Positions 41,237 through 52,830 of a stretch of 64,000 bases of DNA are shown here, in pieces. Position 1 is the first letter of the stretch. Every line of letters starts with the position of its first letter. The notes beneath the pieces were generated by a model, which worked only from the letters and a program-made list of their open reading frames with translations, was not told where the DNA came from and searched no databases. The stretch lies in NCBI RefSeq assembly GCF_018350175.1, contig NC_058368.1, forward strand, positions 15,998,001 through 16,062,000. Direction: 5' to 3'. Source of the DNA: Felis catus. Lineage: Eukaryota. A program made the position numbers and the translations under genes.

Positions 41237-42012
41237 TAATCCCATTTACAACTGCACCAAATATAATAAAACACCTAGGAATAAACCCAACCAAAGAGGT
41301 GAAAGAAAATTACTCTGTACTCTGAAATTTATTAAAAAAAATACTCTGCACTCTGAAAATTATAAAAAAACTATACCAGAAATTCAAGATGACACAAAGA
41401 AATGGAAAGACATTCCATGCTTATGGATTGGAAGAACAAAACTTGTTAAAATGTTTATACTAGCCAGGCAATCTACAGATTTAATGCAATCCTTATCAAA
41501 ATACCAACAACATTTTTCACAGAACTAGAACAAACAATTCTAAAATTTGTAGGGAACCGCAAATGGGGATGCAGCAAAAGCAGTTCTAAGAGTTAAAGTT
41601 TCTAATAGCCAAAGTAATCTTGAAAAAGAAAAGAAAATTTGGAGGCATCATAATTCTGGACTTCAAGTTATATTACAAACATCCTTTAACTTTTGTAGTA
41701 ATCAAAACAGTATGGTACTGGCACAAAAGTAGGTACATAGATCAATGTAACAGAATAGAAAATCCAGATATAAACCCACAACTCTATGGTCAATTAATCT
41801 TCATCAAGCAGGAAAGAATATGCAATGGGAAAAAGACAGTGTATTCAAATCGTGTTGGGAAAACTGGAGAGCAACATGTAAAAGAATGAAATTAGAACAC
41901 TTACACAATACACAAAAAGGATTAAAGACCTAAATGTGAAACCTGAAACCATAAAAATACTAGAAGAGGACATAGGCAATAACATCTTTGCCACTAGCCA
42001 TAGCAACTTTTT

Positions 42013-42232
42013 AAATAAATGTTTTAATGTTTATTTATTTTTGAGAGAGAGACAGAGACAGGGACAGAGTGCCAGCAGGGGAGGGGAAGAGAGAGGGAGA
42101 AAGAATCTGAAGCAGGCTCCAGGCTCTGAGCTGTCAGCATAGAACATGATGCGGGGCTCAAACTTATGAACCACAGGATCATGACCTGAGCTGAAGTCAT
42201 ATGCCTAACCAACTGAGCCACCCAGGTGCCCT
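42013..42232 (-). mobile_element. Carnivore SINE inside old L1 ORF2
   Basis: TSD catagcaacttttt on both sides. Confidence 0.95.
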
Positions 42233-43118
42233 CATAGCAACTTTTTTCTAGATACGTCTCCTTAAGCAAGGGAAACAAAAGCATAATTAAACTATTGGGA
42301 CTACATCAAAATGAAAAGCTTCTGCATAGCAAGTGAAACAATCCACAAAATTAAAAGGCAGAATGAGAGATATATGAATGGGAGAAGATATTTGCAAATG
42401 ATGTATCTGATAAATGGCTAGTATCCAAAATATGTGAAGAACTTACAACACTCAGCACCCAAAAAACAAATAAACCAATTAACAAATGGGCAGAAGACAT
42501 GAGCAGACATTTCAAAAAAGACATCCAGATCATCAACAGACATATGAAGAGATGTTCATTGTCATTCATCATCAGAGAAATAAATTTAAATTAAACCTAC
42601 AGTAAGAAACAACCTCACACCTGTCAGAATGGCTAAAATCAATGAAACAAGAAACAACAGGTGTAAGCAGAGATGTGGAGAAAAAGAAACACCCCTGCAC
42701 TGTTGGTGGGAATGCAAACTGGTGCAGCCGCTGTGGAAAACAGTGTGGAGATTCCTCAAAAAGTTAAAAATACAACTACCTTACAACCCAACAATCGCAC
42801 TACTGGGTATTTACCCAAAGAATAAAAAAAACACTAAGTCAAAGGGATACATGCACACTGATGTTTATAGTAGCATTATTTACAATAGCCAAATTGTGGA
42901 AGCAGCCCAAATGTCCACTGATTAGTGAATGGTTAAAGAAGAAGTCGTGTATGTGTATATAATGGAATATTATTTACCATAAAAAGAATGAAATACTGCC
43001 ATTTTCAACAACATGGATGGAGCTAGGGAGTATAATGTCAAACAAAATAAGTTAAAGAAAGACAAATACCACATGATTTTACTCATATGTGAAATTTAAG
43101 AAATAAACAAGCAAAGGA

Positions 43119-43149
<31 letters not shown>

Positions 43150-44559
43150 CAGTCAAACCAAGAAATAGACTCTTAACTATGAAAAACAAACTGATGGTTA
43201 CCAGCAGAGAGGTGGGTGGGGGGGATGAGTTAAATAGATGATGGAGTTTAAGGAGAGCACTTGTGATGAGTACTGGGTGATGATTGGAAGTGTTGAATCA
43301 CTATATTGTGCACCTGAAAATAATATGACACTGTATGTCAACCAACTGGAATTAAAATAAAAAAATATAAAAATTAATAAAAGCCTTTATAGGGTTCTGA
43401 TGGAGCCATTTTGTAAGACATTTACACATAGGAAACTCTCAAAAGTAAGTTCCTCACAAAAACAAAATCTTTTTCTCTCTAAGATGTATTGGTATAACTA
43501 AAAATCATTAGGAAAAAAAAAGACTTCGGCATTAAAAAATGCTGGCATGAGTTAAACAATGCAAACAAAGGGCTTTGGCTGGTGAAAGAACAAGTGACAT
43601 TTCCATGAGTTACAATGAGCTTGCTTGGAACAGCTCAGAGCAGGTTCTGACTTTCTCATACAGGAGCAATGGCAGTGCAAGTCAGGCAAGATGGAAGTGA
43701 GGAAATGGCTGTAGATAAACACAATCCTGAAAAATGTAATGCATCATCATGTAGTAGTGGCAGAAGCAGAGACAGAGATAAGATGTGGCAGCGATGGGAG
43801 AAGATGTAGAAATGCATTTGAAGTTAAAAACCTCTTTCCTGCCTTTCTGTTTGCCCTTCAGTGTCAGGAAAAATGAGTGTACCATATTTGGAGCCTGATG
43901 TTGGGGATGAAAAAGTAAGAAAAAAGATGACAGGATCCTAAAAATATTTAATACCTATTAATATAGGAATAAACAGAAATAAAGAGAAGAGGAGATCTAA
44001 GACTAGATCTTCTGCGAGAGGCCAGGAAAGAGATGAGCTAAGTGCTAAGAGCATCTGGTAAAGTTCCCTTGACCACACTGTGGATTCTTAACACAGGGAC
44101 CAAATGACAAAACAATTCCATCCCACAAACCCCATTTTCCTCTCTTCCTCTTTTGGAGAATAGAAGTGGCTGGTGGGGAAGTAAAAGTGATGTGTGGTTA
44201 GGGAAAAATTCAGGCAGGGTTGAAGCTAAGTTTCCAGAGGTACACAATCGAATTGGAGGAATTATTGAATTTAAAATTATTCACACTGGATTAAGATAAA
44301 CTCAAGATTAGGTAGAGAGAACTGGAGCAGAGAATATTTAACCAAAGAAGGGTCATCATACTAACAAAAACTACCCACACAGCCCCATCTGAAACTTACT
44401 TTTCTCCAAACCCAAGCCATAAGGCCAGAGGCTACAGTAAATAAAACTGAAAGTTCAGTGTAAAGGGTATCACAAGGAGTTCATCCAGATTCCATCAGAT
44501 CAAACAGCAGATGTTGACTCAGTTTCTCAGTCACCCTCAGTCACTGAAATAAAAACCAG

Positions 44560-45185
44560 TATACCAGCCTGGGGTCTATGTAAATAAATTGTAGTAAATA
44601 TATTACGTAAAAAGTGGGAGGATAAGAAAGAAAACATCATTACAGACAAAATATGGATTTAAAAATGTATTCTAAAAGTAAACATAATCCAGTCAAAAGA
44701 AGAAACAGCTCCATGAAAGCATCTTATTAAGGAATTCACAAAGAATATGAATTTAACAAGATAATCTCAAAGATAAGAGCATAAAACCAGACTCAGAATG
44801 AAAAAAGGTTTCCCAGATTAGGAGTCACATTGAACACAAAGAGTCACTGTTCCAGAACTAATAAAAAATAAATTGCAAATGGAAAATATATGACTTAAAG
44901 TTTATTTTCATAATAAAATACTTAAGGTAATGAAAATAAAGGTAGAAGAAGAAGACATGAAGATTAAAGCAATTAAAGAGAGCTTAATTAATAGAAAGAA
45001 GAGATCAAGATGATCCAACAAAAGAATAAATGGCGTCCCTGAAGCAGAATTCAACAACTCAAACAATGAACGTACTTAAGGCATATAATGAAAGATTTTT
45101 TTATAATGAAAGATTTTTTCCTTAATTGAATGGAAACTGCCTCTGTAGATCGAAAGGAACCCTCGGTTCTAGGAAAAATTGATTG
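44560..45185 (+). mobile_element. Very old L1 ORF1-like relic (HAL1/L1ME-like)
   Basis: A-rich with gatccaacaaaagaataaatggcgtccctgaag and gtagatcgaaaggaac...aggaaaaattgat. Confidence 0.45.
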
Positions 45186-45915
45186 CATTAGAGGATCTAC
45201 TTATATGGACTCTAAACCAATAAGCTCTCATGGTGATTAAATCTAATTTTGAAAATATATATTCTCCTCTGCCATTTGATTGCTGTTACATTTAACTTGA
45301 AGAGACCATAACAAAACAAGCCCCTACCAAAAACATGTTTATAATTGATATTTGGGGCTAACCTGGATTTTCAAAAATCTTAAAACTTGAGCTAATTAAT
45401 TTTGAGGGAGAAATCAATGAAATGTTAAGTTATTGCTAATATTTGATGTGCAGATTAGTGATCATATATTCTAGACTCAAACTGAGACACATGGTGTCAG
45501 AAATGTATTCACATTTTCTTCTACCTGTTCTTTTTGGTCTCTGAGCATTGTTAACGAACCATTTTAGAAAGGTATTTATTAAGAAGTAGAGGAACTGTGG
45601 CATTTAGAAATGCAAAGACAAGTTAATCATTGACAGATGAGGTCATTCAAAAGCCCTTTGCGTGATGCTTACTATGTACAAGGCTTTGTGTCAGAATCTC
45701 TTACGTGAGGGATCTTGTAATTTAATACAAGGCAATACTGAGGCAAATCACAGGAGGCAGTTACAGTGCTGTGTAATTTAGTAGCATGGTGTTTTTTCTA
45801 TAGGAGCACATAGCCAGGATATGCATTATCCTAGACGAGTTGACTTCTAAGTAGAATCTTCCTCAGGACATGCTTTTCATTGTACTACACAGCCTCTTTT
45901 AAAAAATAGATTTAA

Positions 45916-46143
45916 GGGGTGTCTGGGCGGCTCAGTTGGTTAAGCATCCGACTTAGACTCAGGTCATGATCTCATGGTTCATGAGTTTGAGCCCCACGTT
46001 GGCCTCTGTGCTGACAGCTTGGAGCCTGGAGCCAGCTTCAGATTCTGTGTCTTCCTCTCTGTCTGCCCACCTCTCCCCTCTCCCCGCCCCCCTCCCCCCC
46101 GCACTCTCCCCCCCTCTCTCTCTCTCAAAAATAAATAAACATT
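45916..46143 (+). mobile_element. Carnivore SINE with C-expanded CT region
   Basis: SINEC head and tail; TSD aaaaaatag(a/c)ttt. Confidence 0.94.
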
Positions 46144-46416
46144 AAAAAATAGCTTTTATCTATTGGGGTTAATGTTTAACTGAGGAATTGACTTTCATAT
46201 CTTTCAATGTATTTCTGTATATCCGAAAATTAACAGAGTTCCACTTGTTTTACAACTAAACTTTAATTTAGATTTCTCCATATGTAGGGCAAGCCTTTTT
46301 CTCCTTCATTTCAAGGAAGGATATAATTAAAATTGTTTAATTATGGAGAAGTTACTGAAGATAACCCAAATCCCTATGAATAATTTGTTCTCTCCATAAT
46401 GCTCCATAATTAAATA

Positions 46417-46609
46417 ATTAATGAATGGATAAAGAAGAAGTGGTATATGTGTATTTAATGGAATATTATTTACCATAAAAAGAATGAAATACTGCCATTT
46501 TCAACAACATGGATGTTGCTAGGGAATATAATGCCAAACAAAATAAGTTAAAGAAAGACAAATACCACATGATTTTACTCATATGTGAAATTTGAGAAAT
46601 AAGCAAAGG

Positions 46610-46645
<36 letters not shown>

Positions 46646-46922
46646 TCAAACCAAGAAATAGACTCTTAACTATGAAAAACAAACTGATGGTTACCAGCAG
46701 GGAGGTGGGTGGGGGGATGAGTTAAATAGATGATGGAGTTTAAGGAGGGCACTTGTGATGAGTACTGGGTGATGATTGGAAGTGTTGAATCACTATATTG
46801 TGCACCTGAAAATAATATGACACTGTATGTCAACCAACTGGAATTAAAATAAAAAAATATAAAAATTAATAAAAGCCTTTATAGGGTTCTGATGGAGCCA
46901 TTTTGTAAGACATTTATACATA
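46417..46922 (+). repeat. Local duplicate of 42921-43430 (old L1 3' end plus ~50 bp of its 3' flank)
   Basis: Near-identical throughout, including aagcctttatagggttctgatggagccattttgtaagacattta(c/t)acata. Confidence 0.95.
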
Positions 46923-47346
46923 ATAATTTATATTGTTCATTATCCTTTTATGGTGCTTATAGATTGTATTTAATTATTTATGCATGTCTTGACTCATCCT
47001 TCTAATACCTTCATCCACCAAAGAATGTGAGTGCTTTCAAGGAAAGGAAGATACCATACTTAATTTTGTATCTTATCACATAGTAGAGAGCCTAGCACAT
47101 AAGGGCTCTCAGACACTCTTCCAATATAAGCCTTACATGGCCAGGGGAATGTCTTACCTTTCAGTAAATATTAAAGTGTATTATCTTGGACTAAACAGAT
47201 CATATTTCTGTAATATATTCAGGTGACTAGAGAATTATTTTATATGTAAAATAAAAAAGAAAATCATGGGGCATAGTGAGTTTTTATCTGATGGCAAGGA
47301 AAATGTTTCCCCCATTGAAATGGAATACCAAGAAAGTTGTATTTTC

Positions 47347-47572
47347 TTCTTTTTTAAACATTTTTAAAAATATTTATTTATTTTTGAGAGAGAGAGAGAG
47401 ACAGAGCATGAACGGCGAGGAGCAGAGAGAGAGGGAGACACAGAATTCGAAGCAGGCTCCAGGCTCTGAGCTGTCAGCACAGAGCCCGACATGGGGCTGC
47501 AACTCACCAACCGTGAGATCATAATGTGAGCCAAAGTTGGACACTTGACCAACTAAGCCATCCAGGTGCCCC
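47347..47572 (-). mobile_element. Carnivore SINE
   Basis: TSD aag(a/g)aagttgtattttc. Confidence 0.95.
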
Positions 47573-48798
47573 AAGGAAGTTGTATTTTCATTACAGTTCA
47601 GGTTGTTCTTGTTCAATATAATATAATGTAATGTAATTATTATCACTTCTTATAGTAAGTTTTCTGTCTTCCCTGCCCTTCTCTCAGTTTGGCCAGAGCC
47701 TCATCGAAGAGACTGTGTAGATCTGATCCTGTTTTGTTCTGAAGGGAAATGATAACCTCTGTTCACTTGTGTTATTTTGAGCATGGAGGAAACCCAGTGG
47801 ACATATCTGGGTGATTAGATAACAGGAGGCCAACTTTCCTAAAGCAGGGCAAGGGAAGGAGGAAGAGGCTATTTATGCATCTACTGTATATCTTCTGTAG
47901 CTCTCTGAGTCCTAGATAGGCTCTGTAGTAAACTCCCAGTCACAGGCTTGGAGTATAGCTTCAAAAACACTTTTGAAAGTAAGTTTAAAGTCTAGGTAGG
48001 CAGAGTGCTGGGCAATCATATTTTCCTTTAGTCTGTTCTTTTGCAACTTTAGTTTAATTTTTAGACAAATCGTCTGCCCCAGAATTAAAATAGCAAAGTG
48101 TCTGTGGAAAAAGCATGTGCGTCCTCAGCCAATGGTAAGACATAGCACGTGTTGCCCTGGGAATGCCAGCAGGCTCGTGTTCTATCAGCCTCATAATTAA
48201 CGTAGTGATTTTATCTCATGCCAACTTCTGGCCTTTATCTTTCAGACTTGGAAATGTGATTTTGGCAGGTTCAGATCCATTTCACAGAGAAGCTTCTCAG
48301 AAACCATGTTCAAAATACTGATATCTAAAACCAAAATGATAATAATTCACAATGAGAAAAGAAAAGCTCTCATGAGGAATAGAATATTTGTCCTGGCATC
48401 GTTGCTTTTTTTCTTTCTTTGGTCAGGAAACCTGGGTAATAAAATTATAAGCAAAAGTTTCTTGGTACCAAGACTCAGCATGAAGTGAGATTGATTGTGG
48501 GCCGCTGCAGTCCAGCAGTGCTCCAAGAGGGTGGTGGTTTTGAGGGTGTCCCCTTTATCTGTTTGTTAGCTGCACAATTGTTTTATGCATTCTTCTGCAT
48601 ACCCAAAATTTCACAAAAGATGCTAGAAAAACAGAAGAGTACACAATATCTGAAATTGTAAAAGTACTGTTCATGTATGAAAAAACGGTAAGGAATTACA
48701 TTAACATAGTAACACCAATGATCTCTGCTGGTATACTTACTTTCTTCTTTTTAATTTTCTACAGAGTATTTATTTAAAATTACTACATGTGGTTTTTA

Positions 48799-49503
48799 TT
48801 TACTTTTTGTGGTAGTTATGTTTTTTTTTCTTTATTTAAATTTTGGTTAGTTAACATATAGTGTAATATTGTTTTCAGGAGTAGTATTTAGTGATTCATT
48901 ACTTGTCTATAACACCCAGTGCTCAACACGACACATGTCCTCCTTAATATTCATCACCTATTTAGCCCATTCCCCAGCCATCTCCTTCGATCCACCTTTA
49001 GTCTGACTTCTTTTTTCTTTTCTTCCTTTCTTTTCTTTTCTTTTTTTTCCCTTTTTAATTTGAAAGAAAGAGAGTACAACCTGGGGTGGGAACAGAAGGA
49101 GATAGAATCTTAAGTAGGCTCCATGCTCAGTGCTGAACCTGACACAGGGCTCCATCCCATAACCCTGGGTTCATGATCTGAGCTAAAGCCAAGAGTTGGA
49201 TACTCAACTGAGTCACCCAGGCAACCCCCCCCCCCAGTCTATTTTCTGTTATAAAGAGCCTGTTTTTGTTTTCCCCTTCCTGTATGTTCATCAACAATAG
49301 CCAAACCATGGAAAGAGCCCAAATGTCATAAACTGATGAATAGATAAAGAACAAAAGAACATGTGTGTGTGTGGCCATCAAAAGGAATGAAATCTTGCCA
49401 TTTGCAATGATTTGAATGAAGCTAGAGTATATTATGCTAAGTGAAATGAGTCAGGCAGAGAAGGGCAAATACCATATGATTTCACTCATGTGGAATTTAA
49501 GAA
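48799..49503 (-). mobile_element. 5'-inverted (twin-primed) truncated L1
   Basis: Minus-strand 3'UTR 48799-49291 joined to plus-strand ORF2 end 49292-49503; perfect TSD actacatgtggttttta at 48782-48798 and 49504-49520. Confidence 0.9.
49010..49235 (-). mobile_element. Old carnivore SINE nested in the inverted L1
   Basis: T/C-rich tail, gaatcttaagtaggctccatg...gagtcacccaggca; degenerate TSD agtct...ttct. Confidence 0.85.
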
Positions 49504-50330
49504 ACTACATGTGGTTTTTAAAACATTATTTTGATATAGTTTAGCTTTATTTGTTTCTATTTGTAAAATCCTATTTAAAAAGGGAAATGAGTCTAAATAT
49601 TTGAGCAGAAGAAGAGACTTTATGAAATTTTTATATGCCTTTATATTTTACTAAAAACTCCCAAATGTTTAAAAGATTCATTGAAAGCTTGTAGAAAGAG
49701 TGTAAGCTTTATACTGTTTTTTATTGCATATGAGCAGTGTGCTAATTTTAGTTAAGTGTTTACCCAAATCATTCTTTCACCTTCATCAGATTTAAGGCTC
49801 ACACTATGTCCCAAGTTATGAAAACTATAATTAAATGAAAGAAAATAATGTAATAGAATAGAGCATTCAACCATCCCTTAAATGCCAAAGCTTTTATTTT
49901 CAGCTGTTGCAAATTTTCTTCATATCCCAGTGCTATGGGTAGAAATGAACCCACAAACTAAGACAGATCAGACCTACTAACTGGTAGCCAATTTATTTGC
50001 TTGGTGTGATTTCCATTTTCCCCTGGCTTATATTAACACCAGTTGCAGTTGTATATACTCCTTCCTTCAAATAGCACAGCTTCAAGCCTGTGGGAAGGAT
50101 AAACAGAAAGCTGAGAAGGAGATTCTTCAAAGTAGCCTTTGTGCTGGGTTGTGTTCTTGCCTCCTAGAAGCAGCCTTTCTCCTGGAGATGGAAATGTTGG
50201 ATCATTTCTGAGCCCTGCAGAGACTGCTTCACTGCATCTCAGGTTAGGCTGGCAACAAACCCCGCACTTGCCATGAATCCCCCAGATGGAGGCAAGCATT
50301 AGCACCGGTTGGCCTTCATAAAAAAGTCTT

Positions 50331-50495
50331 GGGGCACCTGGGTGGCTCAGTTGGTTAAGTGTCTCTCAGGTCATGATCTCACGGTTTTTTGAGTTTGAGC
50401 CCCATGATGGGCTCCTGTGCTGACAGTAGGGAGCCTGCTTGGGATTCTGTGTCTCCCTTTCTCTTTGCCCTTCCCCCATTTGTGCTGTCTCTTTC

Positions 50496-50536
<41 letters not shown>

Positions 50537-50572
50537 ATATAAATAAACTTAAAAATTTTCTTTAAAAAAAAA
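50331..50572 (+). mobile_element. Carnivore SINE with (TAAA)n tail
   Basis: ggggcacctgggtggctcagttggttaag head; TSD-like aaaa(a/g)agtct. Confidence 0.93.
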
Positions 50573-50788
50573 AAGAGTCTGACTGCGGAGAACAACTGCC
50601 CTCCTACTTAGCTCACATTTCTCTGGAGCAACGTAGGTTCTCAGCAACCAGAACAGAATTGGTACAGAGCAAAGTAGGGGATGAGAGATACAAAGTGTCT
50701 AAGGATGACAAGGAGAAGAAGAAAGAAGTAAGAGAAAGGAGGTACTGATGGATAGTTTATCTCACGCCTGGCTTCCTTCCTTCCTTTC

Positions 50789-50998
50789 TTTTTTTTTTAA
50801 CGTTTATTTTTGAAGGAGAGAGAGACAGAGCGTGAGGGGCGGAGGGGCAGAGAGAGAGGGAGACACAGAATCTGAAGCAGGTTCCAGGCTTTGACCCATC
50901 AGCACAGAGCCCGACGTGGGGCTTAAACCCATGAACTGTGAGATCATGACTTGGGCCAGAGTCGGACGCTCAACCAGCTGAGCCACCCAGGTGTCCCC
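50789..50998 (-). mobile_element. Carnivore SINE
   Basis: TSD tggcttcctt(c/t)ctt. Confidence 0.95.
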
Positions 50999-51369
50999 TG
51001 GCTTCCTTTCTTAAAGCAACAATTCTTCTAATTCTTTTAATCCTTTGAAGCTGACAATCATCTGACATGAGCAAAAGATATAAATGCCAACTGTAGATAC
51101 AGATTATAATCTCTAAAACCAGAAAAAAAACTTTCAACAAAAATAGTCCAGCACATTTAATGACAAAGATGATGATATAGCACTGTATGATAATTTGGAA
51201 TAAATGAATAAGTTCATAAAAGCTAATATAATTTCTGCTACTTTTATAATGTCAAAGTATTTTTATCTTATATCCTTTAACTTTGTGACTTCTTTAGTCT
51301 CCATTATCATTATCAATATTCACATTATTCACTGAATACTTTGTGACATTTAACCATCTTTTGTGTTTG

Positions 51370-51402
51370 CACACACACACTCACACACACACACACACAC
51401 AC
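51370..51402. repeat. (CA)n microsatellite, one interruption
   Basis: Direct reading. Confidence 0.9.
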
Positions 51403-51749
51403 TCCATACCCCACACCATTCATAGTTTTCTGGGCTTCTACTTCTATTCCCACCACATTTCAGGGCCTCATCCTGTATCTACACATCCATATTCTGGCCA
51501 TTCTGCTCCCTCTGAGGGCTTTTGCACCATGTAGGGAACTTTGGAGATTCTCAATAATTTGGGTGAGCAGAAGCACAGATCATGAGACCATGGACTCCCT
51601 GACCATAGAATGACAGCATGATCACCCTATTCAGGAGTAGGAAGAGAAGATTCGAGCAGAGTGATGGTCCAGGAAAGAGTGCATTTTTGAGGAGGCCGAG
51701 TAGGAAGATGGGCTTTCATGTCAGGAAAAGGGCATTCATGTTCAGGTGA

Positions 51750-52184
51750 TGTTATGAGTTGAATTGTGTTCCCCTAAAAAAGATGTGTGGTAGTTCTAAT
51801 GCCCAGTACTTTAGAATATGACCTTATTTGGAGATAGGGTTTTTACATAGATAATCGAGTAAAGACATGATCCTTAGGGTGGGCTCTAATCCAGTATGAC
51901 TGGCATCCAGAGGGGAGACGATATGAAGAGACACAGGAAAAACATTATATGAAGACAGGAAGAGATTGGAGTCATGCAGCCATAAGCCAAGGAACCTCTG
52001 GCAATACCAGAAACTAGAAGAGGTGAAGAGGAAGCTTTCCCAAGCATCCTCAGAGGGAGACTGTTCCTGCTGACACCTTGATTTCAGACTTCTGGTTTCC
52101 CGATTTGTGAGACAATATATTTCTGTTGCTTTAGTCCACTCAGTTTGTGATACTTTGTTACAGCAGCTCCAGGAAACTAATACA
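51750..52184 (+). mobile_element. MaLR solo LTR (MLT1B/C-like)
   Basis: TG...CA termini (tgttatgagttgaattgtg...ggaaactaataca); 5-bp TSD ggtga/ggtgg. Confidence 0.88.
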
Positions 52185-52229
52185 GGTGGCTGTAGGTGGT
52201 GTTCTAGTGCTAGAATATAAGATATGCAG

Positions 52230-52830
52230 GATCAAAATTGTAAGGGGTTTGAATGACATGCTAAAAACATTCTATTTTACTTTACAGACAAAAATTGGAT
52301 GATAGAAGAAACTAAAGCAAATGTTGAGCTATCAAAGGTGTTAAAAGAGAGGAATAGCATGATCAGATGGATGTATACAAAGAAATATATTTGATGGTGC
52401 TTTAGCAACAGTATATTTTATAACCCAAAGTTTTCATCAGCATAGACGTTCTGGCAACAAATGGTAAATTAGAAAAGGTATATAAAAGTGGAACAGAGCC
52501 TTGTTAGGAAGATTTTGCCATAGTTCAGGCAGTGAAGAAGTGGCATTGTACTAACAGTGGCCATTAGAATGAGTAGAAAAGGCAATTTTTAGAGACATTA
52601 TATAGGATGATATAGAAAACTTGATGACTTATGGATGGTTGGTTTTGAAAGAATTTGAATTGAAAATACCCTAAATGTCTTGGGTACAGGACAATGATTA
52701 ACCAGAATAATGCTCAAAGAAGAAGGAAGATATTTGGAGAATAATGAGTTTAATGTTGGGCCTGTTGAATATGAGGTGCCTGTGGCACATAGTAACATTT
52801 AACTGGTAATTTGGAAACTTGAATTTAGGA
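52230..52830 (-). mobile_element. LINE-2 relic
   Basis: ggaatagcatgatcagat...aatgagtttaatgttgggcctgttgaatatgaggtgcctgtgg resembles antisense L2. Confidence 0.5.

Larger units (their letters stand above)
29768..43375 (+). mobile_element. Older full-length carnivore LINE-1, split by young L1 copy B, a Tigger-like element and a SINE
   Basis: 5'UTR start gggaagatgatggagtaggagg; ORF1 from ~30941, resuming at 37202 (FEEIIAENFPNLGKE); long inter-ORF spacer; ORF2 from 38256 (ITLNVNGL) to ~43100; 3'UTR ending attaaaataaaaaaatataaaa. Confidence 0.92.
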
